From a virus, in UHGV virus genome UHGV-0122274: a stretch of 30,333 nt of DNA. One strand, written 5' to 3'. How positions within the stretch are numbered: the stretch's first letter is position 1; the number at the start of each line of letters is the position of its first letter. The notes beneath the pieces are model-generated. The model saw only the letters and a program-made list of their open reading frames with translations, was not told where the DNA came from and made no database searches. This document shows positions 1 to 11,248 of this stretch, one piece after another. The translations under genes were made by a program, and so were the position numbers.

Positions 1-24
1 CTGTCTGGGAGTTTACTCACTTAG

Positions 25-390
25 TCGCGTGTCCACTATTCGCGGGTAGGATCAGTTGAACTTCTCACTACGCTAAGCTCTATCACCAAACCAGTATCAG
101 AGTTTGTTTTTGCCGGGCGCAACGATAAGAAAAAGCCAATCTGCGAGAACGCGGTATTGCTTGTGATCAAACAAATCGGCTATGAAGGTCTGGAAAGCGG
201 TCACGGATTCAGGCATGAATTCAGCACTATTATGAACGAGCACGAATGGCCTGCTGACGCTATTGAAGTGCAACTGGCACATGCCAACGGCGGATCTGTG
301 CGCGGGATTTACAACCATGCTCAGTATCTCGATAAGCGCAGAGAAATGATGCAGTGGTGGGCGGACTGGCTTGATGAAAAGGTGGAGTGA
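25..390 (+). CDS. int: Tyrosine integrase (P4/IntS-like), C-terminal catalytic fragment only; reading frame closed upstream by in-frame TAG at 22-24
   Basis: Frame 1 translation ...EFVFAGRNDKKKPICENAVLLVIKQIGYEGLESGHGFRHEFSTIMNEHEWPADAIEVQLAHANGGSVRGIYNHAQYLDKRREMMQWWADWLDEKVE contains the box II HGFRH, LAHA and Y-x-H tyrosine recombinase motifs. The N-terminal catalytic half is absent from the window. Confidence 0.6.
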   Translation, partial: SRVHYSRVGSVELLTTLSSITKPVSEFVFAGRNDKKKPICENAVLLVIKQIGYEGLESGHGFRHEFSTIMNEHEWPADAIEVQLAHANGGSVRGIYNHAQYLDKRREMMQWWADWLDEKVE

Positions 391-541
391 TCGACCTTAA
401 CCACTATCGAATATCACAAATCCTTGCAATCCAGTGCAAAGATTTGTGTGCCAGAGTTTTTCTCATCAACTACCGCAAGTATCGATCGATTGAGACTTGG
501 ATGATAGACTTCATGCCTTTGATTATTAGCTGATAGAAGAA

Positions 542-904
542 ATGTTAAAGCTATTTGCAAAGTACACCTCGATTGGTGTGCTGAACACACTTATACACTG
601 GGTGGTTTTTGGTGTTTGTATCTATGCCGCGCATACCAATCAGGCTCTGGCAAACTTCGCAGGTTTTGTTGTGGCTGTGAGTTTTAGCTTCTTCGCGAAT
701 GCAAAATTCACATTCAAAGCATCAACTACAACGATGCGCTACATGTTATATGTCGGGTTCATGGGAACACTGAGTGCAACTGTTGGATGGGCTGCTGATA
801 GATGTTCACTTCCTCCAATTGTCACTCTTGTCACCTTCTCCGCCATCAGCCTGGTGTGCGGTTTCGTCTATTCAAAGTTCATTGTCTTTAGGAATTCAAA
901 ATGA
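542..904 (+). CDS. gtrA: GtrA, bactoprenol-linked glucose translocase (flippase) of the O-antigen glucosylation cassette
   Basis: 120-aa small hydrophobic protein with about 4 predicted TM segments, directly upstream of and overlapping a GT2 glucosyltransferase; classic gtrA position and size. Confidence 0.85.
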   Translation: MLKLFAKYTSIGVLNTLIHWVVFGVCIYAAHTNQALANFAGFVVAVSFSFFANAKFTFKASTTTMRYMLYVGFMGTLSATVGWAADRCSLPPIVTLVTFSAISLVCGFVYSKFIVFRNSK

Positions 905-1818
905 AAATTTCGCTTGTTGTTCCGGTCTTCAATGAGGAGGCCGCAATACCAATCTTCTACAAAACGGTGCGAGAATTCGACAAGTTAAAGCAGTATGAAG
1001 TTGAAATAGTTTTCATCAATGATGGCAGTAAAGACGCAACAGAATCAATTATCAACGCGCTTGCGATGTCAGATCCTCTTGTAGTTTCACTGTCATTCAC
1101 AAGGAATTTTGGTAAAGAGCCAGCTTTGTTTGCTGGACTTGAACATGCAACTGGCAATGCAGTAATACCTATAGATGTTGATCTTCAGGACCCAATCGAG
1201 GTTATCCCGCACCTGATAGAGAAATGGCAGTCAGGATCTGACATGGTTCTTGCTAAGCGATCAGAACGTTCTACTGATAGTCTATTAAAGCGGAAAACAG
1301 CGGAGTGGTTCTACAAACTACATAACAAAATCAGCAATCCAAAGATTGAGGAAAATGTTGGTGATTTTCGGCTGATGAGCCGCGATGTTGTCGAAAACAT
1401 AAAGAGAATGCCAGAACGAAACCTGTTCATGAAAGGCGTGTTGAGTTGGGTTGGTGGCAAGACAGACGTCGTTGAATATGTCCGTGCTGAACGTGTTGCG
1501 GGAGATTCAAAGTTCAATGGCTGGAAATTATGGAACCTAGCACTTGAAGGTATTACCAGCTTTTCAACTTTTCCTCTCAAAATATGGACATATATAGGTT
1601 TGTTCGTCGCCGGTACAGCGTTCACGTATGGCTCGTGGATGATTATTGATACGTTAGCATTTGGTAACCCCGTTAGAGGTTATCCGTCAATTCTGGTATC
1701 GATTCTTTTCCTTGGAGGCATCCAACTTATTGGAATCGGTATTCTTGGTGAATATGTTGGCCGTATATATATAGAAACAAAAAAACGACCAAAATATTTT
1801 TTAAAGGATAAAAAATGA
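901..1818 (+). CDS. gtrB: GtrB, bactoprenol glucosyltransferase (GT2 family)
   Basis: 305 aa; N-terminal [13 protein letters not shown]...INDGSKD GT2 signature, DxD-like IDVDLQD, C-terminal pair of TM helices; start overlaps gtrA stop. Confidence 0.9.
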   Translation: MKISLVVPVFNEEAAIPIFYKTVREFDKLKQYEVEIVFINDGSKDATESIINALAMSDPLVVSLSFTRNFGKEPALFAGLEHATGNAVIPIDVDLQDPIEVIPHLIEKWQSGSDMVLAKRSERSTDSLLKRKTAEWFYKLHNKISNPKIEENVGDFRLMSRDVVENIKRMPERNLFMKGVLSWVGGKTDVVEYVRAERVAGDSKFNGWKLWNLALEGITSFSTFPLKIWTYIGLFVAGTAFTYGSWMIIDTLAFGNPVRGYPSILVSILFLGGIQLIGIGILGEYVGRIYIETKKRPKYFLKDKK

Positions 1819-3299
1819 ATTTAAAAAAAGAAATAAACGCCAATAGCATTAAGATAATGGTTATAGCATTTATAACGTCTTTACTCGTTTATTTTCAAAA
1901 CCTAACCAACTTTTCTATATCAATAGACACAGAGTACGCTTTTTTTTCATGGCCTAATGAAGGTATTTTATGGTGGATTTCTCTAGGGCGGTGGGGTTCA
2001 GCAATAATCGACTATATATTTAGGGTAAACGCCTACACGCCGGGGTTTACAACTCTCGTAATGTTAGCGCTTAATGTTATAACTGCTTTCTTATTAGCTG
2101 TAAACACGTTTAAGCTCCTTAGTACAAGGATAATGTTTGCTATTATTTTTGTATCATTTCCGCAATTTGCTTATCAAGCTGAGTTTGCTCAGCAGTCCGA
2201 TACCGTTGCATTAGGTCAACTTCTCGCATGTATATCAGGTCTGATACTTTATTCTTCAATCTTTGGAAAAGACAAAGTAAATATAAAACTTCTATTTATT
2301 GGGGTTTTAGTGCTTACCTTTTCACTAGGAATATATCAATCACTAATCTCTTTCCCTGTCGTTGTATTTTTAATGCAATTCATTGCAAAATGTAATGAAG
2401 AATGCAAAAAGAGAATCATTAAATGTTTTTCAATATTTTCGCTTGCAATAATACTTGCTACATCCATTTATTATATAATAGTTTTTTTAAGTCATGCTAT
2501 ATTCAACGTAACCACACCCACATATCTTAAAGACACCTTTCACTGGCTAAAAGAACCTGTATACGAAACGCTTCAAAGGGTGAGTGAGGTTGTGATATCA
2601 ACACTCACAGGTGATTATTATTTTGGGGCTAGCATTATTCCGTTCATGGTGGTTCCCGTTGTTTTTCTTTCCTATAGTCAGGTAATCAATCATGATAAAA
2701 ATATTATAAAATTAATATCAATATTAACATTAGCAATCAGCCCCTTCTTTGTGGTTATCGGACTCGGGGGCATACAGGGCCCCAGAGTTTTGCTTGGGTT
2801 ATCTGTAACATTCGCTTTTCTATTTGCTTTCGCTATAGAAAAATTAAAAACATGCAGCAAAGTAAAAAGCACACTGTCAGCCCTAATTTGCACAATTGTA
2901 GTTTACTATAGTGCATCAACAGTAAATATGCTCTTTTACTCTGATGCAATGGCAAGAGAGATAGATTCCAACATAACTAACAGGATATTGTCCCAACTAC
3001 AAAGTAAGTATGGTAACTTTAATCCGTCAACGGATGTCGTAAGTTTCATCGGTGCGTATCCCACATACAACCCTTGGAAAAAAAATAATTCTGACACCTT
3101 TGGTGAGTCAATGTTTAGTTTTTCAGGAGGAGATCCTCGTAGAATTACAAAATATGCAGCAATGATAAGTGGGTTTTCTTTAAATTTACACATTGCAAGT
3201 AACGACGAAAAAGAAAAATTAAAACTCATTCCGTCATGGCCTGACGCGGACTCAATAACAGTTATGAATGGAATTTATTTCATTAAGCTAGGAGATTAA
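1815..3299 (+). CDS. Serotype-specific O-antigen glucosyltransferase (GtrC / Gtr-type family), polytopic membrane protein
   Basis: 494-aa highly hydrophobic protein, third gene of the gtr operon with ATGA overlap to gtrB; markedly AT-rich coding sequence. Confidence 0.75.
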   Translation: MNLKKEINANSIKIMVIAFITSLLVYFQNLTNFSISIDTEYAFFSWPNEGILWWISLGRWGSAIIDYIFRVNAYTPGFTTLVMLALNVITAFLLAVNTFKLLSTRIMFAIIFVSFPQFAYQAEFAQQSDTVALGQLLACISGLILYSSIFGKDKVNIKLLFIGVLVLTFSLGIYQSLISFPVVVFLMQFIAKCNEECKKRIIKCFSIFSLAIILATSIYYIIVFLSHAIFNVTTPTYLKDTFHWLKEPVYETLQRVSEVVISTLTGDYYFGASIIPFMVVPVVFLSYSQVINHDKNIIKLISILTLAISPFFVVIGLGGIQGPRVLLGLSVTFAFLFAFAIEKLKTCSKVKSTLSALICTIVVYYSASTVNMLFYSDAMAREIDSNITNRILSQLQSKYGNFNPSTDVVSFIGAYPTYNPWKKNNSDTFGESMFSFSGGDPRRITKYAAMISGFSLNLHIASNDEKEKLKLIPSWPDADSITVMNGIYFIKLGD

Positions 3300-3304
3300 T
3301 AAAT

Positions 3305-3331
3305 GGCAAGAGGTGGTTTCTACCTCTTGCC
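3305..3331. terminator. Stem-loop (9-bp perfect stem ggcaagagg / cctcttgcc) between convergent gtrC and tailspike genes; candidate bidirectional terminator
   Basis: Perfect inverted repeat read directly; lies between the gtrC stop (3297-3299) and the tailspike stop (3370-3372). Flanking U-tracts are weak. Confidence 0.35.
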
Positions 3332-3369
3332 TTACAAAGTCAACCAAACTTTTTATTATGAACAGAAAT

Positions 3370-5550
3370 TTAGCCTGATGCTAATCTAGCAACAATACCA
3401 GCCATAACAAAAACGATTATCTGGTCATAATTAAGTGCGTATGCATCATTCACTTCATCATGGTCTATCATTTTGTATTTTCTGTAATTAAGCCCATGTT
3501 TTTCCATTACTTTTATTACATCTTGAACTATGTACCCGATATTAATAGGTGAGTCATCGCCCATTTCCTCACAATCTTTAAGCCACATGAATGTACCAGA
3601 GCATAGTGCAAGCTCTTGTGCAGCAGCGATTTCATTCTCTGTAAATTTCTTAAGCTTGGTTTTCTTGCGTTCATCAGATGTTGTTAAAACCCCACCTGCG
3701 GAATACACAAGTTTCCATAAACGAGTTGAATCACCGTTGGTATATGTGTTGCTTATGTGAGGCCCGCAAGCGCCATTAATGTCTAGGGGAAATACTGGAT
3801 TATCTGTATTAACACCAACGTTACCACCGCGAGGATTAATAACTACTTGGTAGTTATTGCCGGATGCATCACTCCCCTGAATAAAGCCGCCGTTAGAGCC
3901 AGAGTTGCTCAAACATCCAAACTGTAGCTCTCTAGCACCGTCTGTGTATTGCGTCCTGAAAGAACCTAGCTTAAACATTGTGCCATCTGACATTGGTGCA
4001 TTGGTTTTATTACTAGCATATAAAAGTGCAGATGGAGATGACCCATCATTCATAATCCCAACAAGGCCGCTTGGTGTAATCTCCATTACTTTATGCGGTT
4101 TATAGGCACCATCGCCCCCGTTATAGAAACGGATAGGATAATATTTACCATCCCCGGAAATTCCTGCCCTTATTTCGTATTCACCAACTGCTTTAGCAGA
4201 GATAGTTAAATTCTCCTCATCCACGCCTGTAGTTTTCTGCACACGCAATGTACTTATTTGTGAGTTAATATCATCCCTCATTTTGTATTGCGCGTTTGTG
4301 GCATTTATAGAGGTATCCTGCAAAGTGCACGTATTGCCTTTATTAGATATACTGACGACGTTACGAAGTGTTCCGTTAAGCCAGAATTTATACGTACCAT
4401 TTCCATATCCGAAGAAAAAGAATGGATCTCCTGATTTTCTTGTACATACCCCATTTACCACGTCGCATATACCCCCACCTGTGGTATATACGTAATGGTA
4501 TCTAGAATGAGCACCTATGGCAGCAGTAAGGTTTCCCCCTCCAATTTCTGTAACAGAAATCTGGTCTGCTGAGGTTAATGCAGTAATTACCAGTGCCCTG
4601 TCAAAAGCATAAATTGCATCACCTACTGCCCAATTAGTAATGTCGAAAAGCGAGCCACTTTCACGTATCAGTACGTTCTGTGACTGATGTACAAGTTGAC
4701 CTTGTGCCGCAGAGCCATAAATAGCAACTTCTGATGGGTTATAATTTTTGCTAGTTTGAATGCGCATCCAGTTAGCGTGCCCATCTGATGATAAGAACAT
4801 TCCATCACCAGAATCCATAAGAGCGCCTCCACCAACTTTAAAGCCACCCATATTCGCAGTTGTTCCCGCAGAAACAATTCCCGCACCGAATTTAGTTTCG
4901 TCTCTTCGGCGGTACTGAACGTTTAAAAATGCAGAAAAGGATATGGCTGGCGTTAATATTGCCTCAGAGTCAACAATTAACGTGGGTAGTTTTGCCCACA
5001 CCAGGGCGATAGGAGTATTGCATACATAATTACCAGCAGGAACATATAGTGTTGTGCAACCGGAAGGAAGCGCAGCAATCATTGCTGCCCATAAGGAACT
5101 CTCGTCAGTGCCGTCACCCATAATCCCATAATCACGGACATTAATGAAATCAGCTAGCGCAAGCTTACCATTCCTGATAGTAAGAGGCCGATCAAGCAGA
5201 TTCTGTCTTAACTGGTCAGGGTCATACTTCAGCACATTAGGGAAATAGAACTGCTGCGTGCCATATGCATCATAAACAGCCATCGAATGACCTTGCACGG
5301 TAACGAATTTGGCAATCTGTCCGTTATATACAGGATATCCGGCAACGTTAATGATGATTGGCTGTGCAACAGGAATGTGAGAACCGTCTTCGTTCTCCAC
5401 ATAAACCTGAATCTGGTTTTCAGGATTTACCGGGTCAGTGTCAATTTTACCGATATAAATTTTGCCATTGGCTACGGCTTTAAAAGAACGAGCCATAGTG
5501 AAGAGTTGCGAAGGCATACTCACTACAACATTGGCTGTAATGTCTGTCAT
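3370..5550 (-). CDS. Tailspike protein: P22 gp9-like N-terminal head-binding domain, central beta-helix-like receptor-binding/depolymerase domain, C-terminal intramolecular chaperone (S74-like) region
   Basis: N-terminus [43 protein letters not shown]... matches the P22 tailspike head-binding domain from memory; [13 protein letters not shown] motif typical of pectate-lyase-fold beta-helix starts; C-terminal [10 protein letters not shown] resembles the S-D-x-R-x-K autocleavage motif; GGAG RBS upstream. Confidence 0.85.
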   Translation of the reverse strand: MTDITANVVVSMPSQLFTMARSFKAVANGKIYIGKIDTDPVNPENQIQVYVENEDGSHIPVAQPIIINVAGYPVYNGQIAKFVTVQGHSMAVYDAYGTQQFYFPNVLKYDPDQLRQNLLDRPLTIRNGKLALADFINVRDYGIMGDGTDESSLWAAMIAALPSGCTTLYVPAGNYVCNTPIALVWAKLPTLIVDSEAILTPAISFSAFLNVQYRRRDETKFGAGIVSAGTTANMGGFKVGGGALMDSGDGMFLSSDGHANWMRIQTSKNYNPSEVAIYGSAAQGQLVHQSQNVLIRESGSLFDITNWAVGDAIYAFDRALVITALTSADQISVTEIGGGNLTAAIGAHSRYHYVYTTGGGICDVVNGVCTRKSGDPFFFFGYGNGTYKFWLNGTLRNVVSISNKGNTCTLQDTSINATNAQYKMRDDINSQISTLRVQKTTGVDEENLTISAKAVGEYEIRAGISGDGKYYPIRFYNGGDGAYKPHKVMEITPSGLVGIMNDGSSPSALLYASNKTNAPMSDGTMFKLGSFRTQYTDGARELQFGCLSNSGSNGGFIQGSDASGNNYQVVINPRGGNVGVNTDNPVFPLDINGACGPHISNTYTNGDSTRLWKLVYSAGGVLTTSDERKKTKLKKFTENEIAAAQELALCSGTFMWLKDCEEMGDDSPINIGYIVQDVIKVMEKHGLNYRKYKMIDHDEVNDAYALNYDQIIVFVMAGIVARLASG

Positions 5551-5608
5551 CTAATTTGCTCCAGATGCAAGGAATCGCCGCAGCATGGCTACGGTGAATT
5601 TTTGGCAT

Positions 5609-5631
5609 AAAAAAACCCAGCCGAAGCTGGG
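5609..5631 (-). terminator. Intrinsic terminator (cccagc-TTCG-gctggg stem-loop followed by U7) between gp16 and tailspike
   Basis: On the - strand, a 6-bp GC-rich stem with TTCG tetraloop followed by TTTTTTT; located between the gp16 stop (5738) and the tailspike start (5550). Confidence 0.55.
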
Positions 5632-5737
5632 TCGTTGCGTTGGTTATCTGTCAGTAGTTATGTACTGAAGGAGGTAATTCTTATTCTTAAGTCTTATCAG
5701 GATTTGGAAACACAGTTATATGCAACAGTAGATAAAA

Positions 5738-7900
5738 CTATTCATATTCATTCATACCGCTTAACGAGGCGACAATACCAGCTCTCGACAAGCGATTGAA
5801 TTCATCGCTACCAATAGCATCGCGTATTGCTTTTACGGCGGCTTTATTTGCCATAAATCTGCGTTCCGCCGCCGCTAATGCTTCTTTACTTCCGCCAGCT
5901 CTTACTGCTTTCGTGGCTTCCTGAACTGCTTTCTCTATCGCATATCGACCGCTACGCGTGGTGGCAATTTTAGATACAGCACCTTTTAACCCGGCGCCAA
6001 CTAAAGCACCTGCGGCAGCGCCTGCAATGCCCCCTCCTGCTCCACCAACAATGGCACCTGATGTTGAGTTGGCAATTGCATTTAACACTGTTGATGTGAC
6101 GCTGGATAAACCGGCATCCAGATCGCGTAGTACATTGGCAGTTCTCCCTGTTCTTTCAATATACTGCTGAGGTTTCACTGCTGCTCTTGCAAGAGTGCCA
6201 TATGCATCAGCAATTCTTCCGAGTTCTGAGGAATATCTGCTAATGGCTTTTACATTTTGTGGGGTAAGTATCCCTGCGATATGGTTAATTCCTGCTGCAT
6301 CAGATTTGCCACCACGTACACCATGCGAGATAGCATCCTGCAACATTGATGATATAGCAGGAACACGCTCTGATTCTGGCAGCGCGCGGATCATAGAATG
6401 GAATCCAGCAGGACCATTAAGACCTTTAGCTGACGATGATTGAAGAGATTTTACTCCATTCGTAATCAGTGCATCTGTTGCCAAATCACGCCCGAAAACA
6501 GACTCTGCACTCTCTTGTGCTGATAACCTCGCTTTAGACAGATCATTAGCTTTTTGCCAGTCATCAAGAAATCCGCCGTTTTCCGCCATTGTGCGCATAT
6601 CATCAGTAATTGCCCGGCGTATTTCCCCTGCTCTCCTTGCCGCATTTGCCTCTCCGCTACGCTTATATTTTTGCTCCGCATCAGCAAATTTCGCTCTCCA
6701 TGCTTTCATGCCATCAAATGTTACTCCACCTTGATTGTTTGCCTGAACAAACTGTTTCATTTCAGGAGTAAGCGGTATGCCAGCAGATCGCTCTGCCTGA
6801 ATAACGGCATTACCATTTAGCATTCTTGCTTTTTGATTTGGCATTGTTGACCGCACGTCATCCCATGCCGCGCGCTCAGCATCCTTCATCTGATCAAGAT
6901 TTTGAAGAATCCTTTGTTTTATAGCCACACTTTTTTCTGATGCCGTTCCAGATGCGGCCCCAAATTCATCAAGGTTTCGACTTAACTTTGATGATATTTC
7001 GTTAAATGCTGCCTGATGGGCATCCTGAACAATCCCTGGTGTTGATGCCAATGCGCCTTCGGCTTGTGCAATTCCACGACTTCCAGATCGCATTCCTGGT
7101 GTTAATGCGTTTATATCAATTCCAGCAGACTCAGCCGCTTTTGCTACATCTTCGGACACATTAGCGGCCTGACTGGCAATTGACTGACGCCCAGCACCTG
7201 ACTTTGCCATCCTGGAAACATCATTAGCAGAATTCAGTGCTGCACCACCAAGAGCCTGTGAAACCCTTGGCGCAATAACGCGCCCGACACCTGAAAGAAC
7301 GCCTTGAGCACCAATATTGATACCACCGTTAATGGCAGCATTTTGTGCAAAATCACCCTCCTGATTTGCAGCATCAGCAAGAGAACCTGCAATCATGTTT
7401 CCTGCGGAACCGATGTCTCCTGCGAGCTTTGCTGTCGCTCCAGCAGCTTTTGCCGCTGTGCCAATTGGCAGGAGATACCCACCAAATGTTTCACCGGCTT
7501 GCGCCCAACGGTCTGTCGGTCGATCGACAGGGCGATAAACATCATCCAAAACCTTGGGGCCACCAAGCCCCTGGCTGATTGCATTAATCAGACTTGCGCC
7601 ACCCTGCAATACGTCAAATGGTATGTTTACCAGACCACGACCAGCCTGTTCTGCAATTTGCCCTGCACTTTGACCACCTGTGAGCCAATCGCCAGCTTGT
7701 TGCATCAATGATGGTTCTTCTTTCTGCTGCTGATGCGGAGGGTATGCTGCATAAAACTGATCTCTTGCTTCAGCCCATTTGTCACCAGCCTTAGGGGCAA
7801 CAACCTCATCAAAATATTGCGCTTGAGCCTGTGCTTTCTGTTCTTCAGTTAACGCCTGATACTGTGGAGAGGCGATAACATCTTTCCATGCTTTAGCCAT
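5738..7900 (-). CDS. Ejection (injection) protein, P22 gp16-like, enlarged (720 aa)
   Basis: Position is last of three ejection genes before the tailspike; N-terminus [24 protein letters not shown]...; Gly/Ala-rich low-complexity stretches. Confidence 0.75.
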   Translation of the reverse strand: MAKAWKDVIASPQYQALTEEQKAQAQAQYFDEVVAPKAGDKWAEARDQFYAAYPPHQQQKEEPSLMQQAGDWLTGGQSAGQIAEQAGRGLVNIPFDVLQGGASLINAISQGLGGPKVLDDVYRPVDRPTDRWAQAGETFGGYLLPIGTAAKAAGATAKLAGDIGSAGNMIAGSLADAANQEGDFAQNAAINGGINIGAQGVLSGVGRVIAPRVSQALGGAALNSANDVSRMAKSGAGRQSIASQAANVSEDVAKAAESAGIDINALTPGMRSGSRGIAQAEGALASTPGIVQDAHQAAFNEISSKLSRNLDEFGAASGTASEKSVAIKQRILQNLDQMKDAERAAWDDVRSTMPNQKARMLNGNAVIQAERSAGIPLTPEMKQFVQANNQGGVTFDGMKAWRAKFADAEQKYKRSGEANAARRAGEIRRAITDDMRTMAENGGFLDDWQKANDLSKARLSAQESAESVFGRDLATDALITNGVKSLQSSSAKGLNGPAGFHSMIRALPESERVPAISSMLQDAISHGVRGGKSDAAGINHIAGILTPQNVKAISRYSSELGRIADAYGTLARAAVKPQQYIERTGRTANVLRDLDAGLSSVTSTVLNAIANSTSGAIVGGAGGGIAGAAAGALVGAGLKGAVSKIATTRSGRYAIEKAVQEATKAVRAGGSKEALAAAERRFMANKAAVKAIRDAIGSDEFNRLSRAGIVASLSGMNEYE

Positions 7901-9240
7901 TAATCACCCCATAAAGACGAGAAACCGGACTTATTGCTGTCGCTTCCTGATTTTCGCTCACTAACATATGTGTCATAACCTGATGAACTATATCCCATTG
8001 ATTCAGCCTCCCTTGCTGCAACCTTTTGAAATACAGAATATTGCGATCGGATTTCAGATAACTGTTTTCTGACGACCTCTTCAGGCTGTGTTATATCGAG
8101 TTTCGCGATCAGGTTTTCCAGTTTTTGGCCTTCAGCATTGGAGAGGCTACCCATACCTCGCATAGTCTGCACGTTCTGGACAAACGCCCCCGACTTTAAT
8201 TCTTCTATCGCATTACGGTTTGCAAGCCCTTCAGCACTTGTGAAGCCATCTATATTTCTTCCTTCGAAGCGACCAATACCTTCAAGCTCCTTCTTACCAA
8301 GCAAAGAATCAATTTTCTCTATCCCTCGCTCACCAGTAATTAACGCATTGTTGTAATTATTGTTGCCATCAAGCCATCTCTTAGCCTGAGACATTCTGGC
8401 TGACGTTGCAGCTTTACCGGTTAGCGGATCAATTCCCGTCGCTGCTATCTGTGAGTTAAGAGACAAAACATCCATATCCTGAAGTTGTCCTGCTCTTTCA
8501 AGGGCCGCCTGTGACTGCTTAAACACATACTTGTCGTGATTCAGTCTTGCCATTTGAGCCTTATAGGAAAGATCCTGACCCCTAATAGTCCTCGCATTCG
8601 TCATGTCATTATTGCGGATTGTTTCGTTAATTCTTTGCTGATCCTGCTGGCGACCAACCATCTTGTCCTGAACATTGAAGTAATCAATCGGACCAAGAGC
8701 AGCCATCCCAAGGTGATCAACAAACTCACCAAATCCTGAAGGATTCTGCTGATACATCTGAGCAACGCTGTTAGGGTCAACACCGACGCGAGTCAGTTCC
8801 TTGGCGTTGTTTTGCAGCCATGATTGCATTGCTTCTGGAGACGATGACGCAAGGCGTGCGCCAGCCGCTAAGGTGCCGATAGAATTACGCTGCTCTTCAT
8901 CAATGAATCCCATGCCTTTACGAACGGATTCAATCTGGTCTGGATATTGAGTAGCCAACTGACGCAAAGCACCGCGATCACCAGACGCATAAGCATTAGC
9001 GTATGCCTGCTGAAATTCTTTCTGCCGCTGAGCCTGCTTTTCCTGCTGAAACACCCCCGCAATACCTGAAAGGCCTTGCAAAGCAGTCAGCCCAACATTG
9101 TTAGCGCCTGAACGCTCAATATCATTGTTCTGCCTGATAAGCTGAAGCGTATTGCCGATGTCATTTACGCTCGGAGCGTTTGAGTTGACACCACCGATAC
9201 CAGCCAACAATCCGCCATTTGTTCCTTGCCAAGTAGCCAT
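7900..9240 (-). CDS. Ejection protein, P22 gp20-like
   Basis: 446 aa, between the gp7-like and gp16-like genes, with start/stop overlap to neighbours; P22 synteny. Confidence 0.75.
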   Translation of the reverse strand: MATWQGTNGGLLAGIGGVNSNAPSVNDIGNTLQLIRQNNDIERSGANNVGLTALQGLSGIAGVFQQEKQAQRQKEFQQAYANAYASGDRGALRQLATQYPDQIESVRKGMGFIDEEQRNSIGTLAAGARLASSSPEAMQSWLQNNAKELTRVGVDPNSVAQMYQQNPSGFGEFVDHLGMAALGPIDYFNVQDKMVGRQQDQQRINETIRNNDMTNARTIRGQDLSYKAQMARLNHDKYVFKQSQAALERAGQLQDMDVLSLNSQIAATGIDPLTGKAATSARMSQAKRWLDGNNNYNNALITGERGIEKIDSLLGKKELEGIGRFEGRNIDGFTSAEGLANRNAIEELKSGAFVQNVQTMRGMGSLSNAEGQKLENLIAKLDITQPEEVVRKQLSEIRSQYSVFQKVAAREAESMGYSSSGYDTYVSERKSGSDSNKSGFSSLWGD

Positions 9241-9249
9241 GATTACCCC

Positions 9250-9942
9250 TTAAAACAACGAACCAAGCAATCCGATACCAGCACCAATGCCAGCGCCCCA
9301 AGGTGTTGATGTTCCCAAAAGGCTGGCAAGACCTGCACCGGCAATCGCACCAGACGTGCCACCGCTAATTGCAGTCTGAAGACTTGATGGTTTATTGGCA
9401 TTAGCAGCGGCAAGTGCTGCACTTTGCTGTGCAATGCTGCTCATGTTGTTGGCGTATGTCTGCCCAGCGTTTGCCTGACCTTGCAGAGCACCAAGCCCAA
9501 CGTTTGCCAGATTGTTGTAATTGCTCATCTGGTTTGATAACCACGACTGACCGAGAGTCGGAGCAATCGTAGCCAGTTGATTGCTTGTAGCTGTCGAACC
9601 AAGTCCGCCAGTCGCCTCCGCAGCAGCAAGACTCTGGTAACGAGCCTGACCTGCAAGGTCTTTATACTGCTGAGAATTGTAATACTGATTAAGTGCCTGC
9701 CCCTGACCTTCTAAACTGGAAAGATTCTGAAGCTGGTTAACATACTGCTCTGCAAGAGGCGTGAACGGAGCAAGATTTTTCATGATCGTCTGCCACTGCT
9801 GATTTTGCAGGTCTGCGGCATACTTCTGAGCTTCTGCTGCATACTTTGCGCTTTTATCAGAGCTACCACCTTTCCCGCCTTTTTCAGGGCACCAAGGTTC
9901 CTCGCCGCGCAGTTTTCTGCCCAGCTTAAATGCATATAACAT
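9250..9942 (-). CDS. Ejection protein, P22 gp7-like
   Basis: 230 aa (P22 gp7 is 229 aa), Gly/Ala-rich C-terminal tail, in the syntenic position after gp14. Confidence 0.7.
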   Translation of the reverse strand: MLYAFKLGRKLRGEEPWCPEKGGKGGSSDKSAKYAAEAQKYAADLQNQQWQTIMKNLAPFTPLAEQYVNQLQNLSSLEGQGQALNQYYNSQQYKDLAGQARYQSLAAAEATGGLGSTATSNQLATIAPTLGQSWLSNQMSNYNNLANVGLGALQGQANAGQTYANNMSSIAQQSAALAAANANKPSSLQTAISGGTSGAIAGAGLASLLGTSTPWGAGIGAGIGLLGSLF

Positions 9943-9944
9943 GG

Positions 9945-10403
9945 CTATCTCCCGTGATTCAGGAAGTCGATTAGTTCTTCGCGTGTGGCGCTGTAAAACG
10001 TCACGTCATCCACGCCTTTAAAGTATTTCTTGATGGTTCCGACACGCTTAAGGCCAATCATTGCGCAGTAAATCTGCCCGTGGCGGAATTTGCGTGCGGC
10101 GAACGATGTGACGCACTGAACGGTGGTGTTAGTCAGAATGTATCGCCAGAACGCCATCCCGATTTCCTTGCTGAATCCGCGAATCTCTGGCAGGTACATG
10201 GCGTGGCAATCAAAGGTCAGCGGCTGAATCTCCTGATAGTAAACAATGCCGCCGAACTGCCCGTGCACGTTCACCTCAAAGTAACGGCAATCAGGTTTGT
10301 AGTCGTATCCATCGCCGTTATTGCTCCCGGCGATAATGTCAGGGTGATTTCCGACTGCTTCGATCAGGTCGATGTTTCGCGTTGGTTTGAACTGAATCAT
10401 CAC
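9945..10403 (-). CDS. Head completion / assembly protein, P22 gp14-like
   Basis: 152 aa, located between the tail needle and gp7 as in P22; translationally coupled overlap with the needle gene. Confidence 0.65.
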   Translation of the reverse strand: MMIQFKPTRNIDLIEAVGNHPDIIAGSNNGDGYDYKPDCRYFEVNVHGQFGGIVYYQEIQPLTFDCHAMYLPEIRGFSKEIGMAFWRYILTNTTVQCVTSFAARKFRHGQIYCAMIGLKRVGTIKKYFKGVDDVTFYSATREELIDFLNHGR

Positions 10404-11248
10404 TGCTCCGCGATTATCTTGATGGTTGTGGCAGTAAACGCCGCACCATTTGACTGGATGGTTAACGTACTGCCATTTGCGGCAAGAAAGCCATCTTTAT
10501 CCACGCTGAAGAACGTAGCTAACAGGATGTTGTCGGTTGTTGTCGCAGCATTACGACTGCTGACCAACGTGTCAGGAACAGAGCCAGAGAATGTTAGTTG
10601 CATTGACCTGTTGGCGGTTCCGCTGGGCCACGTCCCGACGATCGACAGCTTGAAGAACAAGGTTTTGTTCTCGTTGAACACAACCATCTTGTTGTTAACG
10701 GTGTCGAAGAATGGTGCCAACGTGCCGGATGACGGTGTGAGCGTTTTCAGCAGGCTAACAAGGTTGGTCGGCGCTGTCGGGATGGTTACAGATACGCCAG
10801 AGTAAACAACCTCTGACTTCTTGCGAGTAGTGGCATACTCCAGAGCATCGATGCGCGTTTCATGGCCTGAAACCTGCGACTCCAGCGACTGAACTCTGGT
10901 ATCAAGAGACGCAATATCGCTTTCATTCTGAGCGATTCGCGTTTCATGTTCCTGAATAGTTGATTCTGCCTGGCTGATTCGCTCCTCATGATTAACAAGC
11001 GTTGCTTCCGCAGCAGAAATTCGCTGCTCATGGTCAGCGAGAATCACATCCTGCTCATCGTTCCTGACCTGTGCATCATAAGCGCCCTGTCCGGCCTCGT
11101 TGGCCTTGTTAGCCACGTTACCAACATCAGTACCCTGTGCGATAACGTAAAGCAGATACGACTGCGAGAAGATATTGCGTGGAAGGACTGATGTGTCGAG
11201 CCGTGTAGCCTGAATGATTACCGGCACATTGAGATTCGAATCCGCCAT
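10400..11248 (-). CDS. Tail needle (P22 gp26-like) with C-terminal knob extension (Sf6-type)
   Basis: N-terminal [25 protein letters not shown]... and heptad-repeat coiled-coil region match gp26; 282 aa versus 233 aa in P22 implies an extra C-terminal domain. Confidence 0.8.
   Translation of the reverse strand: MADSNLNVPVIIQATRLDTSVLPRNIFSQSYLLYVIAQGTDVGNVANKANEAGQGAYDAQVRNDEQDVILADHEQRISAAEATLVNHEERISQAESTIQEHETRIAQNESDIASLDTRVQSLESQVSGHETRIDALEYATTRKKSEVVYSGVSVTIPTAPTNLVSLLKTLTPSSGTLAPFFDTVNNKMVVFNENKTLFFKLSIVGTWPSGTANRSMQLTFSGSVPDTLVSSRNAATTTDNILLATFFSVDKDGFLAANGSTLTIQSNGAAFTATTIKIIAEQ

Noticed and set aside
157-390. 77-aa ORF called with a TTG start
   Set aside because: It is simply the tail of the longer integrase frame that stays open from position 25; not an independent gene.
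389-487. Dam/OxyR phase-variation switch in the gtr promoter region (as described for Salmonella gtr operons)
   Set aside because: Only two GATC sites (389-392 and 484-487) about 95 bp apart; the clustered paired GATC half-sites expected for that mechanism are not evident.
391-541. tRNA 3' end or attP core in the int-gtrA intergenic region
   Set aside because: No GGTTCGA...CCA-like tRNA 3' end or obvious core repeat could be recognised by eye; left as an untested possibility only.
10080-10805. 241-aa ORF on the + strand
   Set aside because: Lies entirely antisense to the gp14-like and needle genes, which have strong synteny and homology support; no RBS context; treated as a shadow ORF.
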